64,000 nt of DNA, from assembly GCA_965240325.2 (NCBI GenBank), contig OZ251253.1, positions 372,001 through 436,000 of the forward strand, written 5' to 3'. The DNA is from Rebecca billardiae RCC1528 (lineage: Eukaryota > Protista > Haptophyta). The notes under the pieces were generated by a model. The model was not told the origin of the DNA. It saw nothing but the letters and a program-made list of their open reading frames with translations, and did no database searches. Below are positions 49,666-59,671 of this stretch, piece by piece. The translations under genes were made by a program, and so were the position numbers. How positions within the stretch are numbered: the first letter of the stretch is position 1; every line of letters begins with the position of its first letter.

Positions 49666-49982
49666 GGTGGCGGCGGGGCGCGAGAGGCGGGCTGCTGCGG
49701 CGCGGCCGCCGCGCGGCTGGGTGGCAGGGCACGGGCCGCCTGGCGCAGGGAGGAGCGTCCGCGCTTTGGACTCCGCGTGAGTACGCGCCACTCGCCACCC
49801 GCTGCAGCTGGGGGCGCCACCGCGGACTGCGGCAGTGGCTGGACGCCTGGACCGGCCTCGGGCCTCCCGGACTGGGTACAGTATTCACTATTCAACCAGC
49901 AGGTGCGCAACTTGCAGCCACCGCTCTCTGGGCAGTCGCAGTGATCGCACCGCCGCCCGCGACCGAACCGCGCGCGCCCCCC

Positions 49983-50654
49983 ATGGACGACACGCGCCGC
50001 GTGATCGCGCCCGGCGCCGCGGCGGCGGAGGGCGAGGCGGACGCGGCGATGGACGGCGTGGCGGAGCCGGAGGAGCCCCTCGACGCCGACGCCCTCCCCG
50101 CCCGCCCGCGCCGCCACGTCGAGCGCAAGCAAGGCTCAGAGCCTTACATCGTCAGGGAGCGGGTTGCGGTCGTCGGCATGTCGGCGGCGGTCGGCGCGGA
50201 CCTGCCGCCAGAGCCGGCGCCGCGCCGCGGGCGCGACGTGGACAGGAGGCCGCCGTCCACCTCCAGGCCCTCCTCCGCCCCGCCGCGCGGCCGCGAGCGC
50301 TCCGTCGCCCAGGAGATTGGCGGCGCGCTGCGCGGCGCTCGCGCGGTGCGCGCGCGCGCGTCGGGTGGCTCCACCGACCTTCGCGTCTCCGTCCTCGCCG
50401 GCGGCGGCGGCGGCGGCGGCGTGGGCGGCGGCGGGATCGGCAAGGCCTCGCGCGGCGCCGACCTGCGCTCGCAGATCGGCAAGTCGCGCCGCCTCGGCGG
50501 CCCCGCCACGCCTGCCGGCCGCGGCGGCCGCTCGCCGCTTCCGGCGGCGGCGCGCGGCGGCGGCGGCGGCAGCGCGGCCGTGCCGAGGCGCGCGCCGACA
50601 GACCCGTCGCGCGCGGACGGCAAGTGGGAGCACGACCTGTACTACCAGCTCTGA
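49983..50654 (+). CDS. Low-complexity RG-rich protein with C-terminal WxHD motif (ALYREF/CASC3-type), putative mRNP-associated factor
   Basis: ATG 49983 lies head-to-head with IPO5. EPY, repeated DLR motifs, RGG, and terminal DGKWEHDLY. Confidence 0.55.
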   Translation: MDDTRRVIAPGAAAAEGEADAAMDGVAEPEEPLDADALPARPRRHVERKQGSEPYIVRERVAVVGMSAAVGADLPPEPAPRRGRDVDRRPPSTSRPSSAPPRGRERSVAQEIGGALRGARAVRARASGGSTDLRVSVLAGGGGGGGVGGGGIGKASRGADLRSQIGKSRRLGGPATPAGRGGRSPLPAAARGGGGGSAAVPRRAPTDPSRADGKWEHDLYYQL

Positions 50655-51902
50655 CCCCCCTTCCCCCTCGGCGACACCCGCCGGCGCCGACCGGCGCGGC
50701 GGCGGCTGCGCCCGCCGGCAGCGGTGCGGCACGCCTGTGCATGGCGCGTTGGCCCGTGTGCGCTGTGGCGAGCGCGCACGGCCGGCCGTCCGTGCCGGTG
50801 GCTGGGCAGCAGCATGGCCGGCCGTCCGTGCCGGCGGCTGACCAGCAGGTTGCGTGGCGTCTTGCGGCGGTGGCGGCGCCTGGCTGCCCAGTGGGTGCCG
50901 GCCTACCCGCACGCGGGCTGTGCACGAGACCGGCCGACCGGGCTGCCGGCTGGCTGGCTCGGGCCCACCGCTGCGGCCGCCTCAGTCCTGGCAGGCCTCC
51001 GCCCGCGCGCCCGCCTCGGACTCGGAGGCGCGCGCGTCAGCCGGAAGGCAACCACACTTGTCGTCGTCGCGGAGCCGGTCATATCACATATGGCGCAATA
51101 CTCGACTCGCGGATCATCGCGGACGCCAACTACGGCATCATCATCATCGTCATCATTACTGCTGCTAGCAGGCCCCTTATCGTCCCCTGACGAGAAGGTT
51201 ACATCCGCACACCTACTAGACGCTGATAGTAACACCTAGTACGACGCGGAGGATAATCAGATTCGTCACTGGAGACAACGAAACATCCGAAGGCCTCAAA
51301 CCACACACACACAAATATATATATAATTTAATGTCAAAATATATAGAACACAAAATTAAAAACCAAAATAAAATTCATGCACCATTTACGCATGCCAACG
51401 GCATCATGATCATTTTTATTACTATCTAAATTTTATTTTGATAGTAACATTGTTATTACTAACTAGTATAATGACGTTGTTACTGCTATAGTTAGTAACA
51501 TTGGTAGCTATCTCGGTAGTGACACTGTCACTACTAAGCTAGATCTATACTTCAATCTATACATGCTATAATACTATACTTCAATCCCGGTCAGTCATCT
51601 CAGACATTGATAGATAGATATCCGACTCGAGTCGTCTCGGCGTCTGTCATTCTCTTGAAAGTTATTCTGGCGTCCGCCGGAACAGTCATCAGCATAGTCT
51701 AGCTGCTCTCTCTCTCTGTCTCTAGCTAAGCTGCTACTAGAATCATTATCATCATCATCATCCATCATCATCATCATCATCATCATCATCGTCGTCGTCT
51801 GAATAGTAAAGCTTGTTACAAAGTACGACTACTAAATATACTAACTTTAGCGTGTATCTGTGAAGTCCTGTCTAACTACCCGTTCGACCGCCTATGCCCT
51901 AT

Positions 51903-52365
51903 CCGGACGGGGCATCGAGCTCGAGCCAGGCCCGCATCCAGACCTGCGTGTAAAGTTGCAAAGTGTAAAGTAGGTCCGGGAGCCCAGCCGGACTTGTCCG
52001 GCCAGTCCGACCGGACGCGTGCGGCCGGGCCGTGCCAGCTGCCACCGGGCCCGGCACTCTCCGGCGCCTCCGCCCGGCGCCGGCCGGTCGCCGGGGCGCC
52101 GCGGCCGAGAGGCAGTGCAAAGTTGTAAAGTGTAAATTACATCCGGGAGCCAGGCCGGACCTATCCGGACAGCCGTCCGGCCACGCACGCGTGCGGGCTG
52201 TGCCGACGCGCCGCGCCGGCCGGCTGCCGGGCGCACGAGGGCGTGTATGACAGTGTGAAAAAGTAAATCCGGGCGCCTCCGGACGGGGCATCGCGCGCCG
52301 CGCAAGCTGCTTGGCCCAGCAACCCCCCGTAAAAGTTGTAAAGTGTAAAGTAGTAAGTCCGGGGC
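51903..52365 (-). repeat. Short diverged inverted copy of the 199-bp satellite (about 4 TGTAAAG-motif blocks)
   Basis: GTGTAAAGTTGCAAAGTGTAAAGTAGGTCCGGGAGCCCAGCCGGAC.. closely matches the reverse complement of the right-arm unit. Confidence 0.9.
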
Positions 52366-52754
52366 TTTCGCGGGTCCAATCCGGGATCCCGCAGCCCGAG
52401 CGGCGGCGCGATGTTCGCCGCCATGGTCGATGGTGTTCGCAAGCACGTTCAGAAGCCGCCCGCCCTCGACGACGCGATCTGCACGTGCGCGCGTTGGTCA
52501 GAGCACACGCGTGACGTGGGTGAGTCGGGGGACTACCCACTACGAAGCAAAGTAGAGCGTGAAGCAAGGTAGAGTGTGTTTCCGCGTGCGCGCTCGGGCA
52601 GCTCTGCTGTGACCCCTCGGCCACGTCGTGATGTGTGCGTCCGCGCGCACGGCCACGCCAGCGTGGCCAGTGCGCTTCCTCTTCAACGACACCAACGAGC
52701 TCGCCCTGGCGCACAACGTTGGCAGCAGCGCCGTGACTACACGGCTGCTGGTGG

Positions 52755-53305
52755 TGCGCGTGTCCGGTTGGCCACACCCTCGTGACTCTGCGGCTGCGCG
52801 CAGAAGCAGCGCCACCGGCGTGCTGCTGCCTGCCGGCATGCTGGTGGCGCCCGCGCCCGCGCCGCCGCCGCCATTTTGTGACCGTCCCACAGTGCGCCCC
52901 GCTGCATGCGCCTTGTGGCGCGCGTCCGGTTGGCCACAGCCTCGTGACTCTGCGGCTCTGCGGCTGCGCGCACAAGCAGCGCCACCGGCGTGCTGCCGCT
53001 GCCGGCATGCTGATGGCGCCCGCGCCCGCGCCGCCGCCGCCATTTTGTGACCTTCCCGCGCCGTGCGCCCCGCTGCATGCGCCGTCTGGGGCGCGTCCGG
53101 CTGACCGCAGCCTCGTGACTCTGCGGCTGCGCGCGCAAGCATCGCCACTGGCGTGCTGCCGCTGCTCGCATGCTGATGGCGCCCGCGCCCGCGCCGCCGC
53201 CGCCATTTTGTGACCTTCCCGCGCGGTGCGCCCCGCTGCATGCGCCGTCTGGGGCGCGTCCAGTTAGCCACAGCCTCGTGACTCTGCGTCTCTGCGGCTG
53301 CACGC
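52755..53305 (+). repeat. Internal tandem repeat, ~163-171 bp x 3.3 (a diverged extra copy near 54055-54200)
   Basis: CCTCGTGACTCTGC recurs at 52778, 52940, 53111 and 53274. GCCGCCATTTTGTGACC recurs three times. Confidence 0.9.
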
Positions 53306-53307
53306 GC

Positions 53308-53870
53308 ATCTACCGCGGCGGGCTGCGCCTGCTGTTCACGGCCAAGGCGGACGGCGAACCCCGTACATCCCCGCCGCGGTCGTTGCCACCGCCGGCGACG
53401 GCGTCGTGCGCTGCGAGTGGCTTGCGCGCCTGCCCGCGTGGCACGCCCTCCGCACGCACCCGCACTGTGCCCGCGGCTTGGCCCACACGCGTGCACAACG
53501 AGGCGGTCGAATGGGCAGCGCGTGCGTAGACGGCACCTGCGCCGTCGGGTCAGCGCCGCCCGTGCGCCGGGCGTGCGCACCTTCCCGCCTCGCCAGCTGG
53601 CGCGCGAACCGCCCTCGCCGCGTGGCTAAACGAGCAGCTCGGCTCGCGCGGCGCGGGCGAGCCGATCAGTGCGTGCCCGGCGGCGCCGGGCGCTGGCCGC
53701 CGATTACGCGCGTGTACGCGGGGCGCTCGCCGGGTCTACTCGCGACGTGCTCGACGGCGAGTCGATGGTGTGACTACAAGCGCAGTGAGCACTGGCGGCG
53801 GATTGTCTTCTACTTCGCCAAGCTAGACGGCATCGACCTCTGCTGCGTGGACGACGCGTGTGTCCACGCG
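53308..53870 (+). pseudogene. Decayed archaeo-eukaryotic primase (PrimPol / NCLDV-herpes clade) C-terminal half with CHCC zinc finger
   Basis: IYRGGLRLLFTAKADGE (53308-53358), then a frameshift into PYIP (53361), then SRWCDYKRSEH-x17-CVDDAC (53760-53861), i.e. C-x6-H-x17-C-x4-C. Confidence 0.6.
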
Positions 53871-54502
53871 CACGGCCGCGCAGGCGCAGCTGCCGTGCGC
53901 CTTCGTGGCTTCCTTTTGACGGTGCCGACGGGCTCGCCCCCTCACCACGCGTGGCCTGCGCGGCCGTGCAGCGTGGGCACGGTGGCTCGCGCGGCAAGGC
54001 GCCGGTTGCGCGCTCGCAGCAGTTTGCAGCCCTCCGGCGCGCGGCGTTTGCTGCAGCGCCGTGACCACGCGGCTGTGGGCCGCGCCACTGGTGCTGCTGG
54101 CCGCCGCGGCCATGCCGCCGCCGCCATGATACGACCTTTTCGCGCTGTGCGCCCCGCTACACACAGCATGCGTGGACGACCGCGCTGCGCCTCGCGCCAA
54201 ATGGCGCCCAGCAATACGGATGCGCACTGCACACTGCGTGCAGCGGGTTGAACGGCCCTGGCTGTGGCGTGCAACGTGCGCCGTAGAGGCGTGACTCGCC
54301 AGCCCGCGGCGGGCGTAGCGCGCGCACGCACGGGCGAGCAGCACTACTGCGTGTTGCTCAGCCGCGCCCGCGCCGCGCCATCGGTAGGTGGTGGCGCCCT
54401 CGACCGGTATCGAATCGCCCTCCCTCACCTACCTCCCTCGCCCGGGCGGGTCGATCGCGGGCGCCGGCATCGCGATCAAATCGCGTCCGGCCGCGTCGTC
54501 CC

Positions 54503-57500
54503 GCCCGGACTTACTTTACACTTTACAACTTTACAGGCCCTCTCGCGCCCGCGGCCCGGCGGCGGCGCGGCGGCCGGCGGGCCAGCATGCGTCCGGTCGG
54601 ACTGGCCGGACATGTCCGGCCGGGCTCCCGGACCTACTTTACACTTTACAACTTTACACGCCGGGCTGGGTGCTGGCCTGGCTCGTGCTCGATGCCCCGT
54701 CCGGACGTGCGCTCCCGGACTTACTTTACACTTTACAACTTTACAGGCCCTCTCGCGCCCGCGGCCGCGGCGGCGCGACGGCCAGCATGCGTCCGGTCGG
54801 ACTGGCGTGACATGTCCGGCTGGGCTCCCGGACCTACTTTACACTTTACAACTTTACACGCCGGGCTGGGTGCTGGCCTGGCTCGTGCTCGATGCCCCGT
54901 CCGGACGTGCGCTCCCGGACTTACTTTACACTTTACAACTTTACAGGCCCTCTCGCGCCCGCGGCCGGCGGCGCGGCGGCCAGCACGCGTCCGGTCGGAC
55001 TGGCCGGACATGTCCGGCTGGGCTCCCGGACCTACTTTACACTTTACAACTTTACACGCCGGGCTGGGTGCTGGCCTGGCTCGTGCTCGATGCCCCGTCC
55101 GGACGTGCGCTTCCGGACTTACTTTACACTTTACAACTTTACAGGCCCTCTCGCGCCCGCGGCCGGCGGCGCGGCGGCCACGGCATGCGTCCGGTCGGAC
55201 TGGCCGGACATGTCCGGCTGGGCTCCCGGACCTACTTTACACTTTACAACTTTACACGCCGGGCTGGGTGCTGGCCTGGCTCGTGCTCGATGCCCCGTCC
55301 GGACGTGCGCTCCCGGACCTACTTTACACTTTATACAACTTTACAGGCCCTCTCGCGCCCGCGGCCGGCGGCGCGGCGGCCAGCACGCGTCCGGTCGGAC
55401 TGGCCGGACATGTCCGGCTGGGCTCCCGGACCTACTTTACACTTTACAACTTTACACGCCGGGCTGGGTGCTGGCCTGGCTCGTGCTCGATGCCCCGTCC
55501 GGACGTGCGCTCCCGGACTTACTTTACACTTTACAACTTTACAGGCCCTCTCGCGCCCGCGGCCGGCGGCGCGGCGGCCAGCACGCGTCCGGTCGGACTG
55601 GCCGGACATGTCCGGCCGGGCTCCCGGACCTACTTTACACTTTACAACTTTACACGCCGGGCTGGGTGCTGGCCTGGCTCGTGCTCGATGCCCCGTCCGG
55701 ACGTGCGCTCCCGGACTTACTTTACACTTTACAACTTTACAGGCCCTCTCGCGCCCGCGGCCGGCGGCGCGGCGGCCAGCACGCGTCCGGTCGGACTGGC
55801 CGGACATGTCCGGCCGGGCTCCCGGACCTACTTTACACTTTACAACTTTACACGCCGGGCTGGGTGCTGGCCTGGCTCATGGTCGATGCCCCGTCCGGAC
55901 GTGCGCTCCCGGACCTACTTTACACTTTACAACTTTACAGGCCCTCTCGCGCCCGCGGCCGCGGCGGCGCGACGGCCAGCATGCGTCCGGTCGGACTGGC
56001 CGGACATGTCCGGCTGGGCTCCCGGACCTACTTTACACTTTACAACTTTACACGCCGGGCTGGGTGCTGGCCTGGCTCGTGCTCGATGCCCCGTCCGGAC
56101 GTGCGCTCCCGGACTTACTTTACACTTTACAACTTTACAGGCCCTCTCGCGCCCGCGGCCGGCGGCGCGGCGGCCAGCACGCGTCCGGTCGGACTGGCCG
56201 GACGTATCCGGCTGGGCTCCCGGACCTACTTTACACTTTACAACTTTACACGCCGGGCTGGGTGCTGGCCTGGCTCGTGCTCGATGCCCCGTCCGGACGT
56301 GCGCTTCCGGACTTACTTTACACTTTACAACTTTACAGGCCCTCTCGCGCCCGCGGCCGGCGGCGCGGCGGCCACGGCATGCGTCCGGTCGGACTGGCCG
56401 GACATGTCCGGCTGGGCTCCCGGACCTACTTTACACTTTACAACTTTACACGCCGGGCTGGGTGCTGGCCTGGCTCGTGCTCGATGCCCCGTCCGGACGT
56501 GCGCTCCCGGACCTACTTTACACTTTATACAACTTTACAGGCCCTCTCGCGCCCGCGGCCGGCGGCGCGGCGGCCAGCATGCGTCCGGTCGGACTGGCCG
56601 GACATGTGAATGTCCGGCTGGGCTCCCGGACCTACTTTACACTTTACAACTTTACACGCCGGGCTGGGTGCTGGCCTGGCTCGTGCTCGATGCCCCGTCC
56701 GGACGTGCGCTCCCGGACCTACTTTACACTTTATACAACTTTACAGGCCCTCTCGCGCCCGCGGCCGGCCGGCCGGCGGCGCGGCGGCCAGCATGCGTCC
56801 GGTCGGACTGGCCGGACATGTCCGGCTGGGCTCCCGGATGACCTACTTTACACTTTACAACTTTACACGCCGGGCTGGGTGCTGGCCTGGCTCGTGCTCG
56901 ATGCCCCGTCCGGACGTGCGCTCCCGGACTTACTTTACACTTTACAACTTTACAGGCCCTCTCGCGCCCGCGGCCGGCGGCGCGGCTGGCCAGCACGCGT
57001 CCGGTCGGACTGGCCGGACATGTCCGGCTGGGCTCCCGGACCTACTTTACACTTTACAACTTTACACGCCGGGCTGGGTGCTGGCCTGGCTCGTGCTCGA
57101 TGCCCCGTCCGGATCTGCGCTCCCGGACCTACTTTACACTTTACAACTTTACAGGCCCTCTCGCCCCCGCGGCCGGCGGCGCGGCGGCCAGCATGCGTCC
57201 GGTCGGACTGGCCGGACATGTCCGGCTGGGCTCCCGGACCTACTTTACACTTTACAACTTTACACGCCGCGGGCTGGGTGCTGGCCTGGCTCATGGTCGA
57301 TGCCCCGTCCGGACGTGCGCTCCCGGACTTACTTTACACTTTACAACTTTACAGGCCCTCTCGCGCCCGCGGCCGGCGGCGCGGCGGCCAGCATGCGTCC
57401 GGTCGGACTGGCCGGACATGTCCGGCTGGGCTCCCGGACCTACTTTACACTTTACAACTTTACACGCCGGGCTGGGTGCTGGCCTGGCTCGTGCTCGATG

Positions 57501-57690
57501 CCCCGTCCGGACGTGCGCTCCCGGACTTACTTTACACTTTACAACTTTACAGGCCCTCTCGCGCCCGCGGCCGGCGGCGCGGCGGCCAGCATGCGTCCGG
57601 TCGGACTGGCCGGACATGTCCGGCTGGGCTCCCGGACCTACTTTACACTTTACAACTTTACACGCCGGGCTGGGTGCTGGCCTGGCTCAT
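54503..57690 (+). repeat. Satellite: 16 x ~199-bp units, each with two copies of CCCGGACYTACTTTACACTTTACAACTTTACA
   Basis: One motif phase starts at 54631, 54831, 55029, 55229 ... 57635. Spacing alternates ~87 and ~111 bp. Confidence 0.97.
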
Positions 57691-58569
57691 GGTCGCGCCA
57701 GCCAGATCAGTCGCGCGCGCGCGGCGGCACTGCGCGCGCGCGGGGCGCGCGTGCCTTTCCTAGAAACTTCCGCAGAGCCGCGAGAAGGTTACACTTTACA
57801 TAGTGACAGGGCTGGACCAGGCTTACTAGTTACACATAGGAGACCACGACGTTACATATAGGAGGCATAGGCTACATTTCTACTATACGGCTTTTCTGGG
57901 GGGTGTAACCTTCTCGTGACAGGACCACCACCAGCAGGCCCGGATGACGACTCCGCCGACGATATATATATGATGACGATGATGATGATCGCGTCATCAC
58001 GAGCGCGGGCCTGCCGGCGCCGGCCTGCGCGAGTGCCGCGGGATGACGACGACGGAGAATATATTCGCAGCGCGCTGCTGACGATCCGCCGGCGGTCGGC
58101 GCCGCTGCTAATGGATGGCACGCCCGCAGACGCAGTACCGGCAAGAGTACCGACGGTGCGGACGGTCTGAGCGCACCCGCCTGCGCCGCCGTGACGACAC
58201 GACTGCAGGCTTGTGATGCGGTTATGACGGGAGGCTTATTCTATTCGATCATGCGCATCATAATCAGCATCAGCAGGCATCATCAGCCTGCTGCGCACTG
58301 TGCTGAGCTGCGCTGACGACGCGATCATCTCGGCCGCCCGAGGCGCCCACCTCACCCGCCCGAACCCACCCCACCCCAGCCCTCACACCTCACCCCCACG
58401 CACGTCACGGCAGCGCATTGGCCGCGGCGCAGGCCACGCCCTCGAAGCCGCCGCTGGCCCCACCGAGCGCCGCGGGTGCCGACGGCGGCGGCGCCGGTGT
58501 CGCGGACGGCGGCGGCGGCGGCTGCGCGGGCGCTCCTGCTGCGGCGCGGCGCGGCAGGCGCAGCGCCTA

Positions 58570-59496
58570 CTACATGGCTGCGGTGGCGGCCCTCTCCTCG
58601 TGCTCCTCGTCCCTGCCGCCGACGACCTCGCCCGCCGCGCCGTCGGGCGGCGCCGCCTCCGCCCTCGCGCGCGCCGCCTCGAGCTGCGCCTCCACCTCCG
58701 CCGCCTCCGTCTCGAGCAGCCGGACCGAGTCCTGGTTGATAAAATACCCACATGCCTCCTTTGTATTAGTCGAGAGGATGCGCTCCATGTGCTCCTGGCC
58801 GAGCTCGCGCTCGATGGCGATGCGCAGCGCGATGGACGGGAGGTAGATCGCGTGCCCGAACACGCAGAGCGTCAGCCGCGGCGGCGCCGACAGCCGCGGC
58901 ACCGGCTCGCCGTAGTGGCCGCACCGGCTGGCGGCGGCGTGCAGCTCGTGGACCGCGCGCTCTGCGTAGTTGTCGAGGTACCGGAGCATGTGCTCGGCGG
59001 CGCGGTACTCTTTGAGCGGCGCGTAGCCGAGCTGGGCGAAGCACATCGAGCCCGCCGGCTGCAGCGTCCCGCCGTACAGGCAGTCCGGCTTGACGACCGT
59101 GAAGTGGTAGTTCTCGCACGTGATGCCCGACTCGGTGAGGGCGAGCCGCGCGGTCTCGACGCAGCGCGGCGCGCCCGAGGAGACGACGACGGGCGCGAAC
59201 GGGCCGAGCGTGCGCATGTACACGCTGGCCGCGCGCGCCTGCGCGCGCCCCTTCTCCGTGAGCGTGCGCTCGAAGTCGTTCGGGTTCTTGTTCGTGTTGC
59301 CGTGCCGGACGAGCGCGACGTTGAAGCCGTCGAGCGCGCGCTTGCGCACGGCGGCCGAGGTGGAGAGCGGCGCGGCGGCGCGGAGGAGGAGCGTGCGGCC
59401 GAGCGGCGAGTCGGCGCGGCGGCACGGCCGCACGGCGGCGCCGGCCTGCTGGCGCAGGCCGCCCAGCAGGCCCGCGCCCGCCCCGGCGGCCACCAT
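58570..59496 (-). CDS. Histidine phosphatase superfamily protein (SixA/PGM-like), possibly organelle-targeted
   Basis: ALVRHG..D.ERTLTEKGRAQA, VSSGAPRCVETA and CVFGH motifs. Confidence 0.88.
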   Translation of the reverse strand: MVAAGAGAGLLGGLRQQAGAAVRPCRRADSPLGRTLLLRAAAPLSTSAAVRKRALDGFNVALVRHGNTNKNPNDFERTLTEKGRAQARAASVYMRTLGPFAPVVVSSGAPRCVETARLALTESGITCENYHFTVVKPDCLYGGTLQPAGSMCFAQLGYAPLKEYRAAEHMLRYLDNYAERAVHELHAAASRCGHYGEPVPRLSAPPRLTLCVFGHAIYLPSIALRIAIERELGQEHMERILSTNTKEACGYFINQDSVRLLETEAAEVEAQLEAARARAEAAPPDGAAGEVVGGRDEEHEERAATAAM

Positions 59497-59671
59497 CGCA
59501 GCCAGCCCCAACCCCGCGCAACGCGTCGCGGGGCTCGTCGAGACGCGCAGAGGGAGGCTGCCGCAGCGGTTGGGGCTCGGTGAGTCCGGGAGGGGGAGCG
59601 CGCTCCCGGACTGCCGTTATTCATCGGTTTTGAGAGCAGCGAGCGCCGCGCGCAGGCTGGCAGGTGCCAGG

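Larger units (their letters stand above)
51191..57916. mobile_element. TIR-bounded, apparently non-autonomous element (13-bp TIR CGAGAAGGTTACA, 3-bp TSD TGA) with inverted internal tandem arrays and a primase remnant
   Basis: tga|CGAGAAGGTTACA at 51191-51203 and TGTAACCTTCTCG|tga at 57904-57916. Sits in an intergenic region between convergent genes, and its composition shifts sharply at the left end. Confidence 0.75.

Noticed and set aside
54503-57690. CRISPR array (constant ~31-nt repeat with spacers)
   Set aside because: The spacers are not unique but alternate between two fixed sequences. No cas genes, and the context is eukaryotic.
54264-57861. Long ORFs (781, 1058, 649 aa etc.) over the satellite
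   Set aside because: The repeat unit lacks plus-strand stop codons in all three frames, and indels swap frames freely. These are artefacts, not genes.
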